From NCBI GenBank assembly GCA_963727445.1, contig CAVSGI010000006.1:160001-224000 (forward strand): a DNA stretch of 64,000 nt. Direction: 5' to 3'. This DNA is from an uncultured delta proteobacterium (lineage in GTDB: Bacteria > Myxococcota_A > Polyangia > Polyangiales > B10-G4). How positions within the stretch are numbered: position 1 is the stretch's first letter; every line of letters begins with the position of its first letter. A program made the translations under genes and the position numbers. Positions 25,480 to 36,921 of this stretch are shown here, piece by piece. The notes below the pieces were generated by a model. The model ran no database searches and was not told where the DNA came from. It was given only the letters and a program-made list of their open reading frames with translations.

Positions 25480-26263
25480 GGGCGGACAGGATCTCCGCGT
25501 CGAAGCTTGGCGGCGGGAAGCTCGGCTTGGCGAGCACGTAGCCCTGCCCGAAGTGGACACCGGTGTCGACGGCGGCCTTCACCTGATCCGGGGTCTCGAG
25601 GCCTTCGGCCACCACGCGCGCGCCGAGGTCGACGCAGAGCCGCACCAGGCCCGCGACCAGGAGCCGCTGCCGTCGGTCGCTGTGCAGGGAGCTGGTCAAG
25701 CCGCGGTCGAGCTTGACGATCTCGGGTTCGAGGTCGGTGATGTACTTCAGGTTCGAGTACCCGGCGCCGAGGTCGTCGACCGCGAGGCAGGCTCCCTTGC
25801 CGCGCACTTCCTTGAGCACGCTCTGGCAGTAGTGGAAGTGACTGAGGGGGACCGACTCGGTGATCTCGAGGAAGATCGGATGGTCGTGACCGAAGATGGG
25901 ATCGTCCGGCTGGACCAACCACCCTTCGTCGAACTCGTTGGGGTGGATGTTGAGGAAGAGCGGATGGGTGGGGCAGGTGGAGATCGACTCTTCGCGGATC
26001 TGCCGGCCGAGGGCGCCGCAACAGTCTCCGTTGATCGCTTCGGCGAAGAGCGCGGGCGGCGACTTGTAGTTCGGTGAGGTGCTGCGGACGAGTGCTTCGT
26101 ACGCGAAAATGGTGTTGGTCTCGAGGTCGACCAGGGGTTGGAAGACCACCTGGATCTCGCCGTTGCGCAGCACGCCGGGGATCTTCGAAGGGCGCCTTAT
26201 CCGCGGTCCGCCGGGGCGGTTCAGCGGTTGGCGTAGCAGCCAGTCTGCAAAGTTGCCCGACAC
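25454..26263 (-). CDS. Stand-alone EAL-domain c-di-GMP phosphodiesterase
   Basis: [38 protein letters not shown] all present. Confidence 0.92.
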   Translation of the reverse strand: MSGNFADWLLRQPLNRPGGPRIRRPSKIPGVLRNGEIQVVFQPLVDLETNTIFAYEALVRSTSPNYKSPPALFAEAINGDCCGALGRQIREESISTCPTHPLFLNIHPNEFDEGWLVQPDDPIFGHDHPIFLEITESVPLSHFHYCQSVLKEVRGKGACLAVDDLGAGYSNLKYITDLEPEIVKLDRGLTSSLHSDRRQRLLVAGLVRLCVDLGARVVAEGLETPDQVKAAVDTGVHFGQGYVLAKPSFPPPSFDAEILSALTRSSPRA

Positions 26264-26314
26264 CTGGAACCAAGCTAGCCAAGTCGCACGGTACGGTCCA
26301 ATGGAAAACCCTCG

Positions 26315-29300
26315 TCAGGGCGAAGGATTTGCAATCGCGCCCACGTGAGCCAAGGTGGCGCTCCGCGGAACGAGAAGTGCGTGATCGACCCACACGGGCG
26401 CCTCGGCGCTCAGCCGAAGTGTGACGCCCGGCCGAAGGGCGGCCCTGCTCACTTCCAGGCGGTGCTCCGTCGGTTCACTGTCGACTTCGAGCGCCCCGAG
26501 CGATGTGTCTCCGAGCGCGAGCTCGACCGCGATCGGCTCGGCCCCTTCGGTGCGTGCCAATCGCGTAATCAGGATTGCACCGTCCACGCCTTCGGTGATC
26601 GTCTCGGGCAGCGCCAGCGCCATCGTGGCCTCGCCATCGACCGTGCATCGGGTGCGCCCCGCGAAATGGTAAGGATCATCGAGGCTGTCGGCGGTGCAGT
26701 CGGACACGCCCGAGAGGCCTGCGATCTCGGGGCCGACGTCGGTCCCGCCGACGGCGCCGCGCCCGATCGCGTCGAGGCGTACGAGCGACTCCGCGGTGGA
26801 GCGCAGGTCCGGCTCGTTCGCCAAGAGAGGCACGAGGCGCGGGATGGCCTCGGGCGCGCCGAGACGTCCGAGGGCACGCACCGTCGCATCGCGGATGTTG
26901 GCGTGATCCTCGGTGTCGAGGATCGACAGGAGGAGCGGCAGGGCGCGCGCGTCGCCGAGCTGCCCGAGGGCGAGGGCGGCGGGGCGTCGGGTGCGGAAGT
27001 CGGGGAGCAGCGCCGCGAGGGGCGCGAGCTGCGCTTCGCCGCCGAGCTCGCCGAGATGTCGGATCGCCTCATTGCGCTCGCGCCGGCTCGGTGCGTCGCG
27101 GGCCGCGGCGGGCAGTGCGGGTAGGGCGCGGGCGTCGCCGAGGCGGGCCAGGGCGATGGCGGCGCGACCGCGGGCGGGCGGCGGGAGCTGATCCTCCGCG
27201 AGGAGCGTGGCGAGGGGCTCGGCCGCGCGCGCGTCGTAGAGGCGCCCGAGGGCGATGGCGGCTTCGGCGCGGACCTCTGGATTCGGGTCGACCAGCGCGG
27301 TGTGGAGCGGGCTCTTCGCCTCGTGCTCGCCGAGGACACCGAGGAGCCGGGCGGCTTCGGCGCGCACCGTCGGCTCCGCCTCCCCGTCGGCGAGCAGAGC
27401 GATGAGTGGAGCCACTGCACGCGGGTCGCCGAGGCGCCCCCGAAGGAGCGCGAGCGCGCCGGGGTCCGTCTCCTCCCCCGTGTCGGGCGGGTGGGCGAGG
27501 GAGTCGAGCCAGGCGAAGATCTCGCCTTCCAAGTCCTCCTTGAGCACGGGCTCGCGCGCCGCGAGGTTGTCGCGCTCGCGCGGATCCCCTTCGAGGTCGA
27601 AGAGCTCGAAGACGCCGAAGCGCAGGTTGGCGATGAGCTTGTGCCGGCCGCGCACCACCATGCGCCGGGGCCCGACCCCCGCGAACGCCGGTCCGGCTTC
27701 GGTCGCGTCGTCGCTGAGGAGGCTCCGCAGATCATCGCCTCGCATCGTTGGCGGCGTGGGCGCACCGAGGGCGCCGAGGAGCGTCGGCGCGAGGTCCACG
27801 AGCTCCACCGGCGCTGACACGCGCCGCGGCGCGAGCCCCGGTGCGCGAATCATCAGGGGCACGCGGATCTGTTCTTCGTAGAGCGTGAAGCCGTGATAGA
27901 CGCCGCCGTGCTCGCGGAACTCTTCGCCGTGATCGGCGGACACCACCACGATCAGCTCACCAGCGAAGATCTCCTCCGCCGCTTCGAGCAGCCGAGCGAT
28001 CGCCGCGTCCACCTTCGCGATCTCCGAATCGTAGCGATCGACGTCGGTGCGACCGAAGCGCGTGGCCTGGTAGGGCTCGTGAACGTCGAAGTAGTGCACC
28101 CAGGTGAAGCTCGGAGGCTCACCTGCGCGGCCGATCTCGTGGAGCTCCTCGATGGCCGCGTCGGTCTTGGCCTCGGCCTCGAGGTCGCGGGTGTCGACGT
28201 GCTCGAAGCGGAAGTGGTTGTCCGCGTAAGGCCGAAGGCGCTCGCCTTCGGTGTGGAAGATGCCCATCGGGAAGAGCGCCGACGTTCGGTAGCGGGCCTC
28301 CGCGAGGGCGCTCGCGAGGGTCGACTCGGGGAGCGGAGCACCCGCGTGGGTGGATTCGTGAAGGTACTCGCTGGTCATCACCGATGAGAGCGAGTAGCTG
28401 GAGTGAGGCGCCTGCGCGTACGCGCGGTCGAAGACGACCGCTTCTTCGGCGAAGTCGTCGAGGTGCGGGGAGGTGGGCCTGTCGTACCCGTAGAGCCCGA
28501 GGTGATCGGGGCGCAGCGCGTCGATGGTGATGAGGAGGGTGTGAGCGCCCGCCCAGGTGGGAAGCCCCTCGCGGCTCATCGCCGCGCGACGCTGCGCTTG
28601 GGCGCGCCGCGCTCGCGCGATGGCGTCCTCGGGAGCGCGATCGGCCGGCGACAGGAGCGGGCCGATGGCGAGCATCGCGGAGCGAACGTGGCTTGCGCGC
28701 GGATCGAGGAGGGTGGCGCGCACGGTGGGCGAGGCACCGAGGGTCGAGAGGTTCGCGATCAGGGCGGCGCCGAGGAGCGCGACGACGGCGGAGACGGGGC
28801 GCGCACCGACGCGCGTCGGCACGAGGATGTCGGCGACCATCCAGCAGAAGCCGAAGGCGGCGGCCGTGAGGCACGCGTGGAGGTAATCGTAGAGGGCGGG
28901 GTAGAGCACCTCGTCGGCGCGGCTCGCCGCGGCGGCCGCGGTGAGGGAGAGGATGGCGACGAGGGCGGCGCGCCTGGGCGAGGTCGCGAAGCGACTCGCG
29001 GCGGCACCGACCCGAAGCGCGCCGAAGGTGCCGACGGCGAGGAAGAGAAAGGCGCAGACGATGAAGAGCGGGCGCAGGGCGAGCTCGGAAGCGGCGGGCC
29101 CGCTGAAGAGGAGCCAGGCGACGAGCGCCATCGCGGGTGAGAGCACCAGGGTGAGGGGGAGCGGGCCGTAGCGGCGTCGGGCCTTCAGGGCGTCGCGTCC
29201 CCGGTCGAGCGCCCGCGCTTCGATGCGAGCGAGCGCCCAGGTGTGGAAGGGCGCGAGGATGGCGCCCGCCGCGGCGCCCAGGGGGGCGACGAGCAGGACG

Positions 29301-29476
29301 GTGCGCACGAGAAGCTCGACGCGCTCGACGTCGGTCGTGAGTAGCTGCGCGGTGCCGAGGGTGTCGAAGACGCCGAGGAGGGCGCCCGCCAGCGCCCCGC
29401 GAAGCGCCCCGGTCAGGGCGGCCACGAGGGGTGGGCTCGTCACGGGCGTCCGCCCTTTGCGCGCGTTGTCGCTCAC
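26315..29476 (-). CDS. Membrane sulfatase-like (alkaline phosphatase superfamily) hydrolase/transferase fused to HEAT repeats
   Basis: Multi-TM N-terminus; ITIDALRPDH, HYFDVHEPY, SADHGEEF, HG; then VRAEAAIALG-type repeats. Confidence 0.85.
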   Translation of the reverse strand: MSDNARKGRTPVTSPPLVAALTGALRGALAGALLGVFDTLGTAQLLTTDVERVELLVRTVLLVAPLGAAAGAILAPFHTWALARIEARALDRGRDALKARRRYGPLPLTLVLSPAMALVAWLLFSGPAASELALRPLFIVCAFLFLAVGTFGALRVGAAASRFATSPRRAALVAILSLTAAAAASRADEVLYPALYDYLHACLTAAAFGFCWMVADILVPTRVGARPVSAVVALLGAALIANLSTLGASPTVRATLLDPRASHVRSAMLAIGPLLSPADRAPEDAIARARRAQAQRRAAMSREGLPTWAGAHTLLITIDALRPDHLGLYGYDRPTSPHLDDFAEEAVVFDRAYAQAPHSSYSLSSVMTSEYLHESTHAGAPLPESTLASALAEARYRTSALFPMGIFHTEGERLRPYADNHFRFEHVDTRDLEAEAKTDAAIEELHEIGRAGEPPSFTWVHYFDVHEPYQATRFGRTDVDRYDSEIAKVDAAIARLLEAAEEIFAGELIVVVSADHGEEFREHGGVYHGFTLYEEQIRVPLMIRAPGLAPRRVSAPVELVDLAPTLLGALGAPTPPTMRGDDLRSLLSDDATEAGPAFAGVGPRRMVVRGRHKLIANLRFGVFELFDLEGDPRERDNLAAREPVLKEDLEGEIFAWLDSLAHPPDTGEETDPGALALLRGRLGDPRAVAPLIALLADGEAEPTVRAEAARLLGVLGEHEAKSPLHTALVDPNPEVRAEAAIALGRLYDARAAEPLATLLAEDQLPPPARGRAAIALARLGDARALPALPAAARDAPSRRERNEAIRHLGELGGEAQLAPLAALLPDFRTRRPAALALGQLGDARALPLLLSILDTEDHANIRDATVRALGRLGAPEAIPRLVPLLANEPDLRSTAESLVRLDAIGRGAVGGTDVGPEIAGLSGVSDCTADSLDDPYHFAGRTRCTVDGEATMALALPETITEGVDGAILITRLARTEGAEPIAVELALGDTSLGALEVDSEPTEHRLEVSRAALRPGVTLRLSAEAPVWVDHALLVPRSATLAHVGAIANPSP

Positions 29477-29555
29477 CGCTCGATGGGACCGCTATCCCAG
29501 CGGGTGGTCAAAAACGAGGGGATGGGCCCGGGCCTTTGGCCGGGTCGACCCCTCA

Positions 29556-29587
29556 AAACAGGTTCGCCCTTGCAGAACAAGGGCGAA
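29556..29587 (-). terminator. Terminator downstream of tRNA-Cys
   Basis: 10-bp stem TTCGCCCTTG/CAAGGGCGAA, followed on the minus strand by CCTGTTTT. Confidence 0.7.
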
Positions 29588-29591
29588 TCGT

Positions 29592-29666
29592 TGGAGGCGC
29601 CGACCAGATTCGAACTGGTGAATGGAGGTTTTGCAAACCTCTGCCTTACCACTTGGCCACGGCGCC
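29592..29666 (-). tRNA. tRNA-Cys (GCA)
   Basis: Acceptor GGCGCCG/CGGCGCC, D-arm GCCAAGTGGTAAGGC, anticodon arm GAGGT-TTGCAAA-ACCTC, T-loop GTTCGAATC, U73, encoded CCA. Confidence 0.97.
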
Positions 29667-29783
29667 AGAGCTCGTGAGGGAGGCTATCTAACCAACCCGC
29701 GCGGGGTTGTCCACCCGATGCGCGGGGGGCCGGGATGCGCGCGGCTCCCGGCTCCGAAAGTTGAAAAGTGTAGACCGTCCCCG

Positions 29784-30203
29784 TCACTTCTTTCGGGAGC
29801 GGCGCTTTTTGGCGCCTAGGTCGATGCCGAGCATCTTCCAGGCCTCGGGTCGAAAGCCGTAGGCTTCCTGGGTGCGGCGGGCGGCGTCCATGACCTCGTC
29901 GTTCAGGTCGCTCTTGCGGGGCTTGACCCCTTGCTTCCGGAGGGACGACAGGCTCTCGCCAATGCCCAAGAGCTCGTCGGTGTGGGTCACCACCTCGATG
30001 GGCTTGAGGGGCTTTCCGCGGCGCCCGTCCTTGAGCTCCTTGATGAGCCGCTTGCGACGCTTCTCCGTGCGACCGTCGAGCTTCTTGTCGCTCCCCGCCC
30101 CGAGGAGCGTGTTGAGTTGGCGCGCAGTGCGCCGTTTTTCCACGGCTTGCGGGCTGCCGCGTCCGGCTGCCGGCTTTGCGGCGCTGCGTTTCTTGGTTGC
30201 CAT
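29784..30203 (-). CDS. Small, highly basic hypothetical protein
   Basis: 139 aa, K/R-rich (LDGRTEKRRKRLIKEL); RBS AGGAGA before ATG 30203. Confidence 0.75.
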   Translation of the reverse strand: MATKKRSAAKPAAGRGSPQAVEKRRTARQLNTLLGAGSDKKLDGRTEKRRKRLIKELKDGRRGKPLKPIEVVTHTDELLGIGESLSSLRKQGVKPRKSDLNDEVMDAARRTQEAYGFRPEAWKMLGIDLGAKKRRSRKK

Positions 30204-30330
30204 CGTTTCGATTTTCTCCTTTGAGCCGTGCGCATATATCACATTTGTTCGCGGGGCACTCCCCCGGGGGCCACCGAGGGGCTCGCCCGCGGGTGGAAGC
30301 CTCGCGCTTTTGGTGTCATGCTCCGCCGCC

Positions 30331-31182
30331 ATGACGTCCACGCAGGCGGAAATCGACGAGTCCTACAGCGTCTCCAACGACTTCTTCAAGCTCTGGCTCG
30401 ACGAGGGAATGCACTACACCTCGGCCAGCTTTTTGACGGGCGACGAGTCTCTCGAGCAGGCGCAATGGCAGAAGTGCAAGATCCTCTACGACTACGCCGA
30501 GATGACGCCGGACAAGCTCGTCCTGGACATCGGCTGCGGCTGGGGCTCGAACCTCGAGTACCTCTCGAGCCAGGGCACGAAGCGGTCGCATGGAGTGACG
30601 CTTTCGACGGCGCAGGCCGATTGGATCAATGCGCGTAACCTGCCCGGCGTGAAGGTGTGGCTGAAGGACTTCTTCGAGTTCGAGCCGGAGGAGAAGTACG
30701 ACGCCCTCATCTCCATCGAGATGGTGGACCACGTCTGCTCCCCCGAGCAGTCCCGCAAGGGGATGGCCATCGACCTCTACCGCAACTACTTCAAGCGTTG
30801 CGCGGACATGGTGAAGCCCGGCTCGAGCTTCGGCTTTCAGGCCATCCTCCGCAATCGCGTGCCCCGCACCCGCAAGGACCTCGAGGACCTGGCCTTCACC
30901 GCGGACGTGATCTTCCCCGGGGGCCTCAACCCCCGTCTCGAGGAGCTCGTCGCCGCGGTGAACCCCTATTGGGAGATCGAAGAGCTCCGCACCCAGCGCA
31001 CGAGCTACGGCAGGACCACCGGCGAGTGGCTCCGCAAGCTTCGCCTCCACGAGGCCACCATCCGCGAAAAGTGGGGCGACCGCGTCTTCGAGGACTACGA
31101 GCGCTATTTGGACACCTGCGTCCGGGCCTTCGACGCCCATTGGTCCTCGGACGTCCAGATGAAGCTCAAGCACATCGCCTGA
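30331..31182 (+). CDS. Cyclopropane-fatty-acyl / mycolic-acid-type SAM methyltransferase
   Basis: YSVSNDFFKLWLD, SLEQAQ, VLDIGCGWG, GVTLS..Q, IFPGG, YERYL..C. Confidence 0.88.
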   Translation: MTSTQAEIDESYSVSNDFFKLWLDEGMHYTSASFLTGDESLEQAQWQKCKILYDYAEMTPDKLVLDIGCGWGSNLEYLSSQGTKRSHGVTLSTAQADWINARNLPGVKVWLKDFFEFEPEEKYDALISIEMVDHVCSPEQSRKGMAIDLYRNYFKRCADMVKPGSSFGFQAILRNRVPRTRKDLEDLAFTADVIFPGGLNPRLEELVAAVNPYWEIEELRTQRTSYGRTTGEWLRKLRLHEATIREKWGDRVFEDYERYLDTCVRAFDAHWSSDVQMKLKHIA

Positions 31183-31338
31183 GCGGCCGATCCGGGGGCC
31201 AGCGCCCACCGGGGCTTCTTCAGGCCGGGGGTGGCGTCCCCCAGCGCGCTTCGGAAAAGCGAGCGATCTTCCGGGCTCGCCCGCGGGACGATTCTTGCTG
31301 TCTCTGGTGTCGTGCGCTCCGCGGACGACACGCGACCG

Positions 31339-31623
31339 ATGCCCCACGCCCGGTATTTCGATGATGGGCTGACCACCGAGCGTGTCGACCTGCCTCCCGC
31401 AATCGAGGACGATTTCGCCGAGGACGTCTGGACCAGCAAGCTCTTGAACGAGGCCGAGAGCAAGGCCAAGGCGGGGCGGCTCCTCGAAGCCGTCGACCTC
31501 GTCGAGCTGGTGCTCACGATGGAGCCGAGGAACGACATCGCCCGTGCTCGACTCCATGGTCTGACGCACCGGCTGATCAGCCGTCCGAAGCGCGGCGACG
31601 AGACCATCCGACTCGGCCATTGA
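31339..31623 (+). CDS. Small hypothetical protein with one TPR-like helix pair
   Basis: GRLLEAVDLVELVLTMEPRNDIAR; start uncertain. Confidence 0.5.
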   Translation: MPHARYFDDGLTTERVDLPPAIEDDFAEDVWTSKLLNEAESKAKAGRLLEAVDLVELVLTMEPRNDIARARLHGLTHRLISRPKRGDETIRLGH

Positions 31624-31736
31624 GCCGGGGAAGCGGAGCGCCGCTGGAGCGCGGCAGCGCGCGGATGCGGGGCGGAGCGTAGACCGGGCGTAGCCGGGAG
31701 TGACGTTTCACGCGGTCACGTGTTAAGACGACTGCC

Positions 31737-34406
<2,670 letters not shown>

Positions 34407-34417
34407 GAGAAGGCGAA

Positions 34418-35680
34418 GTGACCCCGAAGCGAAGCGGCGCGGAGCACGGCGAAGCCGTGCGGAGGCGCCGCGCAGCGCAGGGATCGCTTCGCTGGGCGTG
34501 CGTCATCGCGTTCGTCCTCACTGCGTGTGGCGCGCGGACGTCGCCGCTCGATGATCGCGAGCCTCCTTCGCGCGACGCGGCGGCGGCGCGGGACACCGCA
34601 CCTTCGACGACGTGCGAGATCCCGACGGCCTCGTCGCCGATCGCGCCGCCTTCATCGTGTGCGGTCGCCTTCGACGCGTGCCGGCCAGTCGTCGAGTCCG
34701 CCCTGCTCGTTCCACGGGCGTGCGGTGGGTTGCCGGAAGCCGTCTGGACGGGCGGAGCGATCCTGGTGGCGTGGGACGGGACGGCGGGCGGAGACGAAGG
34801 TGACGGAGTCGGCCTGGCCACGGTCGGTGTCGATGGCATGGTGCGTCGGCACGCCGAGGTCATCGCGCATCAGACCGACGGGCGCCGCCCCTCGATGGCA
34901 TGGGACGACCGCGAATCGATCGGCATGATCGGAGGCGTGACCGACCTCGCGTGGTTCGACGCGGGCGGCACCATCGCCGGCGTGATCCCGGTCGACCGCG
35001 GCGCCGCTGAAGATTCCGTCCGGATCGCTGTCGGAGATGACGGCGGGTTCTGGTTGATGGCGGTGGACGAAACGCAGCCATACATCGCGATGGTGGGGGG
35101 AACGCCGCGGACCCCCGATTGGAACCGCTTCAGTGGAAGCGACATCCGCCAGGGAGAGCTGCTCCAGGACGGGTCGCGCGTGGGTCGAAGCGCGGCGCTC
35201 CTCGGACGCAACCCACGCGAGCTCCAGCTCTGGAGCCTCTCCGGCGGGTCGATGTTTCTGCGCTACGACTGGGAGCTGAGCACCTTCGCGGGGGGCGTCG
35301 CCATCGGTGAGCGTCGAATCACGCTCCACACGACCGACGATCCCGCCGCGGCGTCGGGGCCCGGCTACTATCTGCACGAAGCACGCTTTCGCGACGTCGT
35401 CCACGTGTCCGACGCGCCGTCGGGTTCGGGGGCAGACTTCGTCAGCCTCGACGATGGCTCCGTCGTCGTCGCGCTTCCCGTGCGCGTGGACGGCGTGGTG
35501 CGCATCGGTCTGTTCACCCTCGATCGATCGGAGCCCGCGAGTCTCGGCGACATGCACTTTGCTGCCGGGACCTCCGCGCATACCCCTCGGCTACTTCGGC
35601 TGCCCTCTGGCTTCGCGGTCGTCTACGAGGAGAGTGCCGGAATCGCGCTCGACGTGTTCGAGTGCTGTATCGGCCGTTGA
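34418..35680 (+). CDS. Hypothetical beta-rich lipoprotein
   Basis: Lipobox LTAC, Cys near both termini, weaker codon bias than neighbours; start uncertain. Confidence 0.6.
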   Translation: MTPKRSGAEHGEAVRRRRAAQGSLRWACVIAFVLTACGARTSPLDDREPPSRDAAAARDTAPSTTCEIPTASSPIAPPSSCAVAFDACRPVVESALLVPRACGGLPEAVWTGGAILVAWDGTAGGDEGDGVGLATVGVDGMVRRHAEVIAHQTDGRRPSMAWDDRESIGMIGGVTDLAWFDAGGTIAGVIPVDRGAAEDSVRIAVGDDGGFWLMAVDETQPYIAMVGGTPRTPDWNRFSGSDIRQGELLQDGSRVGRSAALLGRNPRELQLWSLSGGSMFLRYDWELSTFAGGVAIGERRITLHTTDDPAAASGPGYYLHEARFRDVVHVSDAPSGSGADFVSLDDGSVVVALPVRVDGVVRIGLFTLDRSEPASLGDMHFAAGTSAHTPRLLRLPSGFAVVYEESAGIALDVFECCIGR

Positions 35681-35681
35681 G

Positions 35682-36921
35682 TCAGGGCGCCCAGGGGTCG
35701 AGGACCTCGGGCCCGTTGGAGCCACTCGGCTGCTGGGCGAAGATGTTCGGCATCCGCAGCCCCGCTGTCGTTCCATAGGTGGCAGTTACGTGTCCGGCCA
35801 CCGTTCCGTCGGGCCTGACGCGTGTCGGGCAGCGTCGGCGCCACCGCTTGCGCACCGGGCGCCGCGCAGGTCAGCCGCAGCTGGAAGGAGTCGAGGGTGC
35901 CGGTGTCGACGTCGGCGGTGTCGCGCACCTTCAGGGTCCACGTCCCGCCGCCGGCGGTGCCGACGAGCTCGCGCAGGCCGCGGGTGTCCGAGGCGCGGAA
36001 GGTGCGGTTCAGGTTGGAGCGCGCGCCGCCGCGGTTGCGGGAGAGGGTGACGTCGGTGCCGGTGGGCGACGTCAGGGAGATGACCAGATCACCGACGTAG
36101 CTGTGGCGGAGGGAGATCTCGGCCTCGATGTCCTGAATCACGCACTCCTCGCCCATCTCGACCTGCATCTCGGCCGTCGAGAAGTCGCGGATGTCCTGGG
36201 GGTCGTTCGCGGAGAGCTCGTGGGTGGAGGGTCCCGCGGGCCTCAGCGTCGCGTGGAGCTCGAGCGAGCCGTCCACGGGCGTTCCCCGCACCGTCTCCGG
36301 GCGCATGCCACGGGTCTCGACGACGAAGTCGAAGCTCCCATCGGTGTTCGCCGTCTCCGGGGAGACTTCGAAGAGCGCGGGTGTGGTGCCGAGGACCTGG
36401 CCACCCGAGGTGGTGACGCGGCCACCGCTGGGATCGCTGGTGACGCTCACCGACACCAGCTCCGGCTCGACGCGAGGCGCCTGATGCTCGTCCTTGTCAT
36501 CCGGCGCCAGGACCAGGCGATAGGGCAGGGCTTCCCCCGGAGCGAGGGAGGCGACGCGGATCCCGTAGGTGCCGGGCGAGGTGATCTGCAGGTGAGGCAG
36601 GTGCCCGGTGTTGGTGTCCGAGTCGCAGTAGTAGTCACCCTCGTGCTCGATCACCAGACCGATGGGGCCGCCGGTGCTGGTCGCGCTCACACCGAGCTTC
36701 ATCTGATCGGCGACGACGACCACGTGGTCGGGGGCGTCGAGGCTCACCACGCCCGCGCATCCCGCCGCCAGCTCGAGCGCGGGCGTGTTGCCCGTGGTCT
36801 CGCCCGTCAGAATCGCGCGCGGCGAGGCCTGGCTGATCCGCACCTCACCGAAGCGCGGCGGGTCGTCGCCACAGCCGAGGGCGGCGAGCAGGACGAAGAT
36901 CAGAAGGGCGGGTCTCTTCAT
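35682..36921 (-). CDS. Lipoprotein with PEGA-like and proprotein-convertase P-domain (probable frameshift in the last ~50 codons)
   Basis: Lipobox ALGC; VTSDPSGG...LGTTP; HSYVGDLVISLTSPTG, GTWTLKVRD..DTGTL; another frame ends PEVLDPWAP* at 35682, which removes the overlap with the convergent gene. Confidence 0.75.

Noticed and set aside
29477..29783. tRNA-Cys as an integration site for a genomic island
   Set aside because: No integrase, no duplicated tRNA 3' end seen, and no compositional break in the flanks.
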